Source of the DNA: a virus
Reading direction: 5' to 3' (one strand)
DNA length: 64,000 bases
IMG/VR virus record: IMGVR_UViG_3300029240_000008
Part shown: positions 17,047 to 26,202 of the stretch, piece after piece
Layout of the letters: every line of letters begins with the position of its first letter
Position numbering within the stretch: the stretch's first letter is position 1
Made by a program: the position numbers and the translations under genes
The notes under the pieces: generated by a model
Databases searched by the model: none
Seen by the model: only the letters and a program-made list of their open reading frames with translations
Told to the model about the DNA's origin: nothing

Positions 17047-17745
17047 ATGAGAATAGCCATATGTGACGATAACCAGCTTGAAGTTGACTTGTTTAAAGAG
17101 TGCGTATCGGGATTCTTACGGCGCAAAGGAGATTATCGCTATGAAATCAGCGAGTATTCAGCAGGTTATCCGCTTGTTGAAGATGTGAAAGAGGGTAAAT
17201 GGTATGATGTAATTGTACTGGATATGATTCTGGAAAATGAGAACGGTTTGGAGATTGCAAACCGGCTCCGGGATATTGGATATGATGGAAAGATTATCTT
17301 CTGGACAGCCGACGATTCTCATCTACAAGAAGCATTTGACGTCGGTGCTATGCAGTATGCGGTCAAGGGCAAGGAATACGGCAGAATATACCGGGCTATT
17401 GACGAGGTCCTGTCGCAGATGAGGGATGAAACATTGACATTCAAATTCCGCAGGCAGATAAACCGGCTCAAATACGATGAAATTGAGTACGTCGAGAGTC
17501 AGGCAAGAGTTTGCCATATTTTTGCTACAAATAACCGATGTTTCGTGACCACTTGTAAGCTGAACGATCTGGAAGAAAAGCTGTCTGATAAGCGATTCTT
17601 GCGCTGCCATCAGAGTTATCTGGTGAACATGGATCACATCCAGTCGGCAGGTGATAATTTCGTCATGGATTCTGGGGACATTGTCCAGATAAGACAGAAT
17701 GGGTCAAAAGAAATCAAAGAAAAATATGAAAATTACATAAGTTGA
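17047..17745 (+). CDS. orphan LytTR-family response regulator (AgrA/LytR-like)
   Basis: AAAGGAGGG SD. The receiver domain reads MRIAICDDNQ...DVIVLDM. The LytTR domain reads FKFRRQINRLKYDEIEYVESQARVCHIF...CHQSYLVNMDHI. No kinase gene is nearby. Confidence 0.8.
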   Translation: MRIAICDDNQLEVDLFKECVSGFLRRKGDYRYEISEYSAGYPLVEDVKEGKWYDVIVLDMILENENGLEIANRLRDIGYDGKIIFWTADDSHLQEAFDVGAMQYAVKGKEYGRIYRAIDEVLSQMRDETLTFKFRRQINRLKYDEIEYVESQARVCHIFATNNRCFVTTCKLNDLEEKLSDKRFLRCHQSYLVNMDHIQSAGDNFVMDSGDIVQIRQNGSKEIKEKYENYIS

Positions 17746-17887
17746 CAGTGAAGAATGACCGCCAACCCGGGAAGGAGTAATTGGCGGTCATTCTCATTGT
17801 TAACACTTAATAAATAAAAGGTTTGCAATACGAACTACTATATCGAACACATTTTATTATAGCATTATAAAAGTCATATTACAACTG

Positions 17888-19315
17888 TCATTTAGAAATT
17901 TCTGTGATTCTGGTAAACGTTCCCTTTGGAACAAATTCAAAAACAAACCCTTCTGTCGGATGCGGGATGCGGATGAAGTACCATTTCAGCCCTGAACTGT
18001 CGGTTTCCGTGTACTTCATCACCTCTACAACTGCACCTTTTTTCAGTTTTGGGAACAGTTTAGATGGGCTGTTTTTGTTTGATTTTGTATAACATTTTGT
18101 GCCTTTTTTAATCTGCGCAATGTAGGCTCTAGTGTTCTGTTTTTTGACTGTATCTGAGTCTGAAACTGACGTTGTATTTTTAACTAAACTGTAATTTGGA
18201 GTGCAGAATTTTGTTCCGGGAAGGTTGCTGTTGTAGTAACTTTTCTGGCATACGCCACCACCATTTGCGATAATTGTAGAGCCACCAGAAGTATTTCCTT
18301 CGACTGTCCAGAACCGATCTCCTGACACTTTTATTACGATTCCAGTATGCGTAAATTCTCCGTTTCTGTAGAAAATAACAATGTCTCCGACTTTTGGATT
18401 GCTGTTCAGAGTAAACAAATCCGCCATTGTCGGGCAATAAACGTATGGCCAGTGTTTCAAAAGTTTCTTCGCTGTGTCTAAGCCGAATGCTTTCATCATG
18501 CACCACGAAACAAATGCAGCGCACCATGGCTGTCCTTGATAATCCGGCTTAATATCACGCCAATATTTCGTATAATTATTTTCTCCGGCATTTGCTGTCT
18601 TACTATCAAGCTGACTATTACTTGCCTTTTCAAGATATCCGGTTTCATTCTTTGCGATCTGGATTAATTTATCAATTGCGTTCATGTCTGTCTCCTCACT
18701 TTCTGGAAAATATGTCTTTAATGCGCCATAAACAAATCTCTGCCTGCTCTCATATGCCCCGACTTGATTCCCTGTGTCCGTCTGACAAGCTGCATAGAGA
18801 TTATCGAGCGTATATGGCTTCTGAGTCTTTGCCAGAATCCTCGTTACTGCTCCCTGTCCGCCTTGGTGTCTAAAGTTCACACACATAGCTTGCGCTCTAG
18901 CGTCCGTAACGCCCTGTTTAAGGGCTTCTTCTGCATAGGTGGCTAATTGTTCATCCATAAGGCTATCTTGACATTTAACGCCCAAATCGGACGAAATAAG
19001 GGCAACTATGGTATCGGCAAGCTGTGACACTCTGGAAATATTAAAGCATTCCCAGTTTGCGGTCTGGACCTGTTCCAGAAGTCTGACCTTGTCCATCTTC
19101 TCCCACTGTTCCGGGTCAGCATCGTAAATTCGTTCCAGAAGCGCCTTGGCTTCGGTTCCGTACCACGCTCCTGCTCCAATCGTGATTGCATGTTCATCTG
19201 AATTATTCTCATAGGCTTCCGTGAAGTCCGAATAATCCTGCTGTCCGTAAACCTGTCCGCCGGTTTCGACTGCATAAATAATCTTCCTGAGAACTGCTTT
19301 CTGCTCGTTTGTCAT
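17888..19315 (-). CDS. endolysin: N-terminal lysozyme-like region + CHAP/NlpC-P60 + SH3b-like
   Basis: QPWCAAFVSWCMMKAFG...GDIVIFYRNGEFTHTGIVIK shows the Cys/His of CHAP. The C-terminal KGAVVEVMKYTETDSSGLKWYFIR is SH3-like. Confidence 0.7.
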   Translation of the reverse strand: MTNEQKAVLRKIIYAVETGGQVYGQQDYSDFTEAYENNSDEHAITIGAGAWYGTEAKALLERIYDADPEQWEKMDKVRLLEQVQTANWECFNISRVSQLADTIVALISSDLGVKCQDSLMDEQLATYAEEALKQGVTDARAQAMCVNFRHQGGQGAVTRILAKTQKPYTLDNLYAACQTDTGNQVGAYESRQRFVYGALKTYFPESEETDMNAIDKLIQIAKNETGYLEKASNSQLDSKTANAGENNYTKYWRDIKPDYQGQPWCAAFVSWCMMKAFGLDTAKKLLKHWPYVYCPTMADLFTLNSNPKVGDIVIFYRNGEFTHTGIVIKVSGDRFWTVEGNTSGGSTIIANGGGVCQKSYYNSNLPGTKFCTPNYSLVKNTTSVSDSDTVKKQNTRAYIAQIKKGTKCYTKSNKNSPSKLFPKLKKGAVVEVMKYTETDSSGLKWYFIRIPHPTEGFVFEFVPKGTFTRITEISK

Positions 19316-19494
19316 ATTGTGTTGCTCCTTTCTGCTAAATATGCCTTGTAAGCTCCGTATTTGCCCCTAAAATCAATTTTTATATGTCGTTCGAGGATTT
19401 TATCGAGTCGCACGTAAAATCGCTATATGAGTCAAATACAAGGTTGTTAATAAAAATGGTTCGCTTTGGGCTGAAACGAATTGAGAATGTCAGG

Positions 19495-19621
19495 GTCGAA
19501 TAGCACTTATTCGACGATTAATATATATCTTGTATATATATTAATTATATTCTTATTCTATTTCTTATTCTTATTCTATTGCGTTACATTGCGTTACTGG
19601 TAACGTTATTGTAACGTTACA
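19495..19621. repeat. cluster of palindromes and short direct repeats
   Basis: GTCGAATA/TATTCGAC hairpin at 19495..19515. An 11-bp AT palindrome at 19518..19544. A TTCTTATTCT array at 19550..19577. CGTTACATT and GTAACG/CGTTAC palindromes at 19581..19621. Confidence 0.9.
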
Positions 19622-19767
19622 TTGAGATATTATGTAAACGAAAATTGCTCGTTGACAGAATATTTATTTTTGGATTTTATTATTTTCTCAGATAATTGAA
19701 TTATTCTGAAAACAAGCAAAATTTACGTTTACAAATTATTCATTTTTTATTTTCAATATAGTTACAT

Positions 19768-19877
19768 TTTAGTACGGTAAGGGCTTGGATTTTGACGGTT
19801 TTTGGGCGAATAAGGGCTTATTTCGGTTTTTATGGAAAATGCGCTCTTATTTGCGGTTTTGGGGTTTTTATTCGTTT
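19768..19877. repeat. iteron-like direct repeats
   Basis: TAAGGGCTT..CGGTTTTT occurs twice, followed by CTCTTATTTGCGGTTTT and GGGGTTTTTATTCGTTTTT. T-tracts are phased. Confidence 0.8.
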
Positions 19878-21146
19878 TTACAGTGGTACCTCATCTATGG
19901 AATACACTAGGCTGTAAACATCCGAACTGTATTTATCGACATTGAATTGCTTATGCACATACAGTTTATTATTGGCAATTGTAAGGCAAACAGCCCCGAT
20001 AAAAGTGTATGAAGCTTCTATTTTGCCGTAAAATATTCTTGTTATTTTCTCACTTTTGCTCATTTCGTATATTAGTTTGGGCGTTCCACGTGTTGTTAAA
20101 TTAAGTTTGTATACACCATAAGGATACTTAGAATTATGCGAATCAGGATTTGATATAAAGTACATATTATTTGCATAAAATGCGCAAGGAGTCTGTATAC
20201 GCATACCCCAGTTTCTCCAATCTAAAGAAGCATCAGTGTCTTGCCATGCAGAATAAACAAGACTGTAATTTTCTCCGTCATATTTGTGTACATACGCACC
20301 ATAATCTTTATCAAGTTTTCCTGTCATATATACAAAGCCTTTATATCCCCCCAAAGACACATATGAAGCAGAATCTCTTCCGGAAAATAATATCAGTTTA
20401 TCTGATTTCACTTCTAATAAAGCTTGTATGAACGGATATTCGGAATACGGAGTTAGAAAGCGGTTTGATTCAAGGAGTATTTTTCCGGCTATTTTGTATT
20501 GGTTTGAAACATAATCTGTTGACGAAGACTTGCACGATATTTTTTCAATTTTTCTGTTTCCGATATTTTTTCCATTTTTATATTCATACACAGTCGGAGA
20601 AACACTTGTATCTGGACTTGGCATATATGAGGATGATAATTGATTGTAAAATATGCAATAAAAAGTATCATCATCTCCAACATAGAATCCTTGAAAAAAC
20701 ATTTTTTCAACTTTATCGGAATTCGAATAATGGAAAATAAGTTCTCCCTTGTCAGAGTACTTATAAAAGTCTTTGATATTTTCAAAAAGCCCGTCTGTAT
20801 GAAGGATATAAAAATAGTTTTTATATGCTACCGCAAAACCTGCTTCGTTTTGCATTATGTTGCTAAAATCATATATTATCTTGACTATTGAATTTCCGCC
20901 AACAAAAAATGCGAATTTATTACTGATCGCACCTCCTGTTCCTTTGAAACCATAAATTAAATTAACTAATGTAGCTCCTGTGGTTGTTGTGCATTTGTCG
21001 ATTGCAGCATAATCAACTATATTCTTTCTAATACCGCCAGATTTTTTCCACAACAATGTATTTCCACCCCATATTTCACTTGTTTCTTTACCTTTGACAG
21101 GAAACCCAGTGATTTCCTGTCTGTTCAAAAATGCCTTATATATCAT
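19878..21146 (-). CDS. distal tail / receptor-binding-region protein (unknown family)
   Basis: GAGGAGGG SD and an ATG at 21146 (MIYKAFLN). It is the last gene of the tail module and is visibly more AT-rich than its neighbours. Confidence 0.55.
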   Translation of the reverse strand: MIYKAFLNRQEITGFPVKGKETSEIWGGNTLLWKKSGGIRKNIVDYAAIDKCTTTTGATLVNLIYGFKGTGGAISNKFAFFVGGNSIVKIIYDFSNIMQNEAGFAVAYKNYFYILHTDGLFENIKDFYKYSDKGELIFHYSNSDKVEKMFFQGFYVGDDDTFYCIFYNQLSSSYMPSPDTSVSPTVYEYKNGKNIGNRKIEKISCKSSSTDYVSNQYKIAGKILLESNRFLTPYSEYPFIQALLEVKSDKLILFSGRDSASYVSLGGYKGFVYMTGKLDKDYGAYVHKYDGENYSLVYSAWQDTDASLDWRNWGMRIQTPCAFYANNMYFISNPDSHNSKYPYGVYKLNLTTRGTPKLIYEMSKSEKITRIFYGKIEASYTFIGAVCLTIANNKLYVHKQFNVDKYSSDVYSLVYSIDEVPL

Positions 21147-21150
21147 CCGA

Positions 21151-24100
21151 TCAGCCCTCCTCAAATGTGAAATACAACGTATCTGCTCGGTCAGTTCCTG
21201 CGGCTACAAGAGCATCATAATCAGCTTTTTTTATTCGCTTTACACACCTTAATTGTGCCTTTTTTAATTGTTCAGAAGTACTGCCAGAACCACCAGAACC
21301 GTCTGTAAAATCATCAATCGTTGCCGGAGAAAATTCAGAATCCGAACCATCTGTAAACTCTGCATAACTGATTGTCGGCATTTCAGATCGTGTAAGATTG
21401 ACCGTTCCAGATATTTCGGGAGTGTATTTTCCCAACTGCTGGCTGTTACTATTAAACGGTGCATTGTTGGCAGAATAGGTGTCAATCATGTCTGTAGCGC
21501 CGATTTTGAGTATCCTGCTCATGATGTATGAATGAACGTACCATTGCAGTTCTGTAGGCTCCTGTTCGTCGTGCTGAATCTGCTTTTTATAGTAGAGTTC
21601 GACTGCCTGACCAACCATGTTCAGTGGGTTTCCCTGAACCTCGGCAGTATATCCCTGCGCACGATAATATTTCCGCAAATCTTGATTTACGAATACACCA
21701 TAGCAAATCTTCATAATTGGTTCAGCCCTTGAAATACCGCCATATTCGTCTGCATCCCAAACGTAATTTAGCCAGTCTTCATTTCCTACAAAGAAGCTGT
21801 TTCTGTTGTAATAAACGTTGTTGTCATACGCTTCTTGCGCTGTATAGTCGCCCTGCGTAAAGCCGAAGGCTCTATTCGGGTCAGGATCACAAAATATAAC
21901 ATTCGGGAACCAAATTCTACCCTCTTTTGCGGTAAAACTTTTGAATGTATCGAGATGAACTTCCTCGTTGTTGTAGTATTTATAAATGTTCTGATTACTG
22001 GTGGTCTGCCCGTATCTATAACTGTTCTGCCGGAGTTTCAGATACTCAAACTTGCCGTCCCTGTTCATCCAACCAAAACGGTCATTCTGCAAGCATAAAT
22101 CTTTCAGAATATTTACTACGTTCATTTCGTTTGAGTTATTCGTATCAGGCACATAAGCGTCGTCCCAATGCAGCTTTGTACTGACCTGTTCGAGTCCTAA
22201 AAACTCAAATAATTTATCTCTGAATTGCTTTTGAGTCAGTTTTTTCTTCTTATCAGTCGTCTGGTTCTTGTACCACCTTGCAATGTCAGTATTTCGTAAT
22301 TTATACAGATAATCGTATGCGATAAAATTACGTGTCAGGGAGTTTGCTTTCCGCTCCGCACTGTCGATTTCACCTGTGAAAATTTTGATTTTTGTTCCTT
22401 TTCTTTCAATATAAACTTCGATTTTTCCAGATGGATAAAATTCTTCCGAAGTACCATTAAACTGATCGTGATGAGCCTGAAATGTTATCTGATTGCAGAC
22501 ACAACCGCCAAAAATGAAATAGCTTTCAGAACAAATAGACTCCTGCAAAGTAAGCGTATTCTGGCCGATATTTTCATTTGTAAGGTCGGCAAATTCTCCG
22601 TTAATCCAGTGTACTGTTATTTCTATTGGCTCGGTTTTCTCTTCTTCAACATCACCAGAACCGCCACCAGAGCCGTCATTTGAACCACCATCAAATGGGT
22701 TGTTCCCATCATTTGTGACTTTGATTTGAAAGCTATCAGAGCCGACAAATTTGGAAACTCCGTTGATTGTGACATTATAAGAAACTGTAATAGTCTTAGA
22801 GCCTGCGGTGGAACTATCGAAGCCAGAAATATCATAATCTGTAATTTCTTTCTCGGTTCCGTCCTGTCTTACCTCTGCAACAGTCAGCCCGGATGGGTTA
22901 AATAATTCTCCGATTTTGTAGTAAACTTTTGACGGAAAACTCGTGATTCGGATTCCTGAGAGGCCATATACAGTCACTTTGAAAGTGGCGGTATGGGTTT
23001 TGTAGGTTACTGTGATTGTCTTTTCACCAACAGAACTGCTGTCAAAACCAGATACTTCAAATCCAGTTGTTTTTGTTTCTGATGTTCCGTCAGTATATTT
23101 AACAAGAATGGATAATCCAGTTGTGTCGAATACATCTCCTTTTTGATATTCGACTTTAGTAGGCATGGTTTTTACTTCAATTCCAGAAATGTCTACCACA
23201 AGAATGCTGAAATCCACGGTCTTTTCATCGAATGTAACCGTTACAGTTTTGCTTCCATATACTGACATATCTGGGCTTGATAAGGTATATCCTGTTACTT
23301 GTTCGGACGTATTATCGTTGTAATATGCGGTAATTATGAGCCCTGTGCTGTCAAAAGTTTCGCCTACGAAATATCTGGTTTTGGTTGGCATATGAGTAAC
23401 TTCAAGTCTGGTTACCCGGATTAACCATGTGATTATGCCTCTCGCTCCCCACGGGGAACCGGAAATTTCGTTTGTTTTTTTGTTCAGAGTGACACTTGTT
23501 GTTACAGGCGTGCTGAAAGCATTTGCTCCAATGGATGTAACGCTTGCAGGAATAGTAGCACTTGTGAGTTGTGTGCCGTAAAACGCCTGAGTACCAATAG
23601 TTTGAACGCCGTCAGGAATTACCAGATTTTTAAGTGAAGTACCGGAAAACGCATTATCTCCAATATTTGTAACGCTTGCAGGAATGGCAATTTCTGTGAT
23701 TTTACTACAACTTGCAAAACATGATGTTGGTATTTCTGCTATTCCATTTTCGATAGTGACTGTTTTTAAAGCATAGAAGCATGGTGTAAACTGTGATGCC
23801 CCAGTAAACTTAACCGTGCTTTTTAATGTAAGATTTTCGAGTATAGAGAGCGCTTTCGTACCACCCGTTCCATCAATAGTTCCGCCTCGAATCATCAAAT
23901 TCTTGCAACTTGGAATATAGATTCCAGATGAATTAATCGTGGAATCTGAGCTTCCAATTTCTACATTATTTATTGTGGCACCTGCAAAAGCACCAGATGA
24001 TAGTAAATTTAATGATAATGGAAAAACAACACTATCCAACGATTGAAATCCGTTTAATGTTCCACCTTGAATTTCTTGCAAGCCTTCATGAAAAACAATC

Positions 24101-25698
24101 TCTGTTAGGTTGGGGCAAGAACTGAACGTGCCACCTTGAATGGCTTTAAGACTCGCAGGAAACTCTAACTTAGTTCCTAAAAAAGTAGTAAAGTTTCCAC
24201 CGGCAATACTTGTAATTGTGTTCCCTAATTCGATATGTGTTAAGCTTTCAAATTGATAGCCAAATCCATCGGAAATTTCGGTAATACCATCACTGAAAAT
24301 AATTTTTACACATCTTTTAAATAGGCTATCGGGGACTATAAGGTGTTCTGAATTTTCATGTAAGATCGTAATTTTTCCAGTCCCAGAAATTGAAAGTGTG
24401 TTTGCATCAAGATTAAATTCGGCTGTTACGTCTTCGTGATTCGGCGAGCCTATATGTACAGAAAACGAGTCATACACCGTAACATTTTTAGTTCCTACCA
24501 CGTTGAAATAATTAACATTTATAGGAATTTGACCTGCTTCTGTAACAAGTGTATTATCGACAGTATATCCACTTTTTACAATTTCCGGCCCATCCGAGTA
24601 CTTAACGGTTATACTTCGAACAGATAAGCTTGTGGTATCTCCCACAAAATAAACATTATTATAGCTTACTATGTCTGAAATGCTTTCTGGCTGCATAATC
24701 GCAACTTCAAATTCACAAGTGAAACTGCCGTAATGAACTGTAATTTCACATTGCTTTGGAGAACTGCTGTCAAATCCAGAATACGTGCAATCTTTTGTAA
24801 CATCTATGGTGTTTCCATCACTTGCCGTTGCAGTAACCACAATGCCCGTAGAATCAAATTCTTTTCCTATGTGATAATTTGTCTTGGTTGGCATAGTAGT
24901 TACTGATATGGCGGTGATAGAGGCTTCTGAGACAGTAATCTCAAACGTTGTGGTTTTGCCAGATGCAGTAACGGTTATGGTCTTTGCACCTGCGGAACTG
25001 CTGTCAAAGCCCGATAATTCGTAATCTGTGACACTGACTGTTTCTCCTGTGCTTGTTGTTCCTGATATTTCAAGACCTGTTTTATCAAAAAATTCTTTCT
25101 GATAATACATAGTCTTATCTGGCATTTTTGACACAGATATACTGGCGATTATTAAATCAGAATATTTTTCATAAGAAATCTCCTGAGATATGCCCGCATT
25201 TTTGACCAAAATCGAAATCGGTACCGTAGAAGATACAGAAATATTCAGATTTGTTGTGGTTTTACCGTCAGTGATTGACGATGTACCGGTGTACGAACTG
25301 CTTGTAGGTCTCTGAATAACATTGACAAAAAGAGTCTGTCCCTCTATCAAGAATACTTCGTATTTCAGCGCATACGATGATGATGTGCTTGAATAATACA
25401 CATAGCCTTCAACCCTGATTTTGAGGAATCTTTTTCCTGACGTAAGTGTTCCTTCCTGTCGGTAGATATAATAAATCGCGCCATCCCGGCGCCAGATTTT
25501 GAGTTGTTCGGCGTTCTGCCCGAAACCGATAAAATTGTTTCCTGAAACATATATGGTACTGGCGGTCTTGCCTGCATAAGTAAACCAATCAACACCTGTG
25601 ACACTGACTACATCATCATCATGCTTCTTGTTGTTAACAACAGCCGTCATCCCGGCCGTCGTATTCAATAAGCTATCAAAAGATACTGTATTTTCCAT
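21151..25698 (-). CDS. giant tail protein: 5 Big_3-like Ig domains + BspA-type LRRs + C-terminal Tal-like (prophage-tail) domain
   Basis: The start is MENTVSF at 25698. The repeated unit MPTKT.Y..GE.FD.TGL....Y.DG....VT.Y..SGFDSS..G.KTITVT occurs 5 times. LRR_5-like units include IPASVTNIGDNAFSG.SLKNLVIP. After a GGGSG linker comes EPIEITVHWINGEF..., a tail-associated-protein-like region. Confidence 0.7.
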   Translation of the reverse strand: MENTVSFDSLLNTTAGMTAVVNNKKHDDDVVSVTGVDWFTYAGKTASTIYVSGNNFIGFGQNAEQLKIWRRDGAIYYIYRQEGTLTSGKRFLKIRVEGYVYYSSTSSSYALKYEVFLIEGQTLFVNVIQRPTSSSYTGTSSITDGKTTTNLNISVSSTVPISILVKNAGISQEISYEKYSDLIIASISVSKMPDKTMYYQKEFFDKTGLEISGTTSTGETVSVTDYELSGFDSSSAGAKTITVTASGKTTTFEITVSEASITAISVTTMPTKTNYHIGKEFDSTGIVVTATASDGNTIDVTKDCTYSGFDSSSPKQCEITVHYGSFTCEFEVAIMQPESISDIVSYNNVYFVGDTTSLSVRSITVKYSDGPEIVKSGYTVDNTLVTEAGQIPINVNYFNVVGTKNVTVYDSFSVHIGSPNHEDVTAEFNLDANTLSISGTGKITILHENSEHLIVPDSLFKRCVKIIFSDGITEISDGFGYQFESLTHIELGNTITSIAGGNFTTFLGTKLEFPASLKAIQGGTFSSCPNLTEIVFHEGLQEIQGGTLNGFQSLDSVVFPLSLNLLSSGAFAGATINNVEIGSSDSTINSSGIYIPSCKNLMIRGGTIDGTGGTKALSILENLTLKSTVKFTGASQFTPCFYALKTVTIENGIAEIPTSCFASCSKITEIAIPASVTNIGDNAFSGTSLKNLVIPDGVQTIGTQAFYGTQLTSATIPASVTSIGANAFSTPVTTSVTLNKKTNEISGSPWGARGIITWLIRVTRLEVTHMPTKTRYFVGETFDSTGLIITAYYNDNTSEQVTGYTLSSPDMSVYGSKTVTVTFDEKTVDFSILVVDISGIEVKTMPTKVEYQKGDVFDTTGLSILVKYTDGTSETKTTGFEVSGFDSSSVGEKTITVTYKTHTATFKVTVYGLSGIRITSFPSKVYYKIGELFNPSGLTVAEVRQDGTEKEITDYDISGFDSSTAGSKTITVSYNVTINGVSKFVGSDSFQIKVTNDGNNPFDGGSNDGSGGGSGDVEEEKTEPIEITVHWINGEFADLTNENIGQNTLTLQESICSESYFIFGGCVCNQITFQAHHDQFNGTSEEFYPSGKIEVYIERKGTKIKIFTGEIDSAERKANSLTRNFIAYDYLYKLRNTDIARWYKNQTTDKKKKLTQKQFRDKLFEFLGLEQVSTKLHWDDAYVPDTNNSNEMNVVNILKDLCLQNDRFGWMNRDGKFEYLKLRQNSYRYGQTTSNQNIYKYYNNEEVHLDTFKSFTAKEGRIWFPNVIFCDPDPNRAFGFTQGDYTAQEAYDNNVYYNRNSFFVGNEDWLNYVWDADEYGGISRAEPIMKICYGVFVNQDLRKYYRAQGYTAEVQGNPLNMVGQAVELYYKKQIQHDEQEPTELQWYVHSYIMSRILKIGATDMIDTYSANNAPFNSNSQQLGKYTPEISGTVNLTRSEMPTISYAEFTDGSDSEFSPATIDDFTDGSGGSGSTSEQLKKAQLRCVKRIKKADYDALVAAGTDRADTLYFTFEEG

Positions 25699-25761
25699 AA
25701 TCATCCTCCCGTCTATAAAATAAAAGAGCACATGAGCTGTGACACCCATGCACTCTGGTTG

Positions 25762-26193
25762 TTAGTATTCGATCAGTGCGAACCGCATCTTATTATAAAG
25801 AATGTTCTTTGTCTCTTCGTCCACATTGATAATTTTGTAATCCACATCGGGCATATAAAAAACCCCCGTTCTGTAGGTGTTCTGCTCATCATCCCAATAT
25901 GTGACATTGTACTTCCGCTGTGCTCTGTTGACCAAGCCAGAAGCAAATGTAGACTGCAAATCAATCTTCTCTGCCAAATAAAGCGGTCTGGTATTAAAAT
26001 CAATCTTTGTCTTAAAATTCGGGCTTGTGTCCCTGTGCAAGAGATTATTCAAGTCCCTGTATGCTTCTACTTCTGTTCTCTGGTTCGGAGTCGCGGTGTA
26101 ATCATCGTAGGCGAGGTACTTATTTGGAACAACTTTGCTTCCAAACTTCAAGAGCCATCCATCAAAACTGCTTCCTGCAATAAAATCACTCAT
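25762..26193 (-). CDS. putative distal tail protein (short)
   Basis: 143-aa ORF immediately after the tape measure gene. The call is positional only. Confidence 0.4.
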   Translation of the reverse strand: MSDFIAGSSFDGWLLKFGSKVVPNKYLAYDDYTATPNQRTEVEAYRDLNNLLHRDTSPNFKTKIDFNTRPLYLAEKIDLQSTFASGLVNRAQRKYNVTYWDDEQNTYRTGVFYMPDVDYKIINVDEETKNILYNKMRFALIEY

Positions 26194-26202
26194 TTACCTC
26201 AC

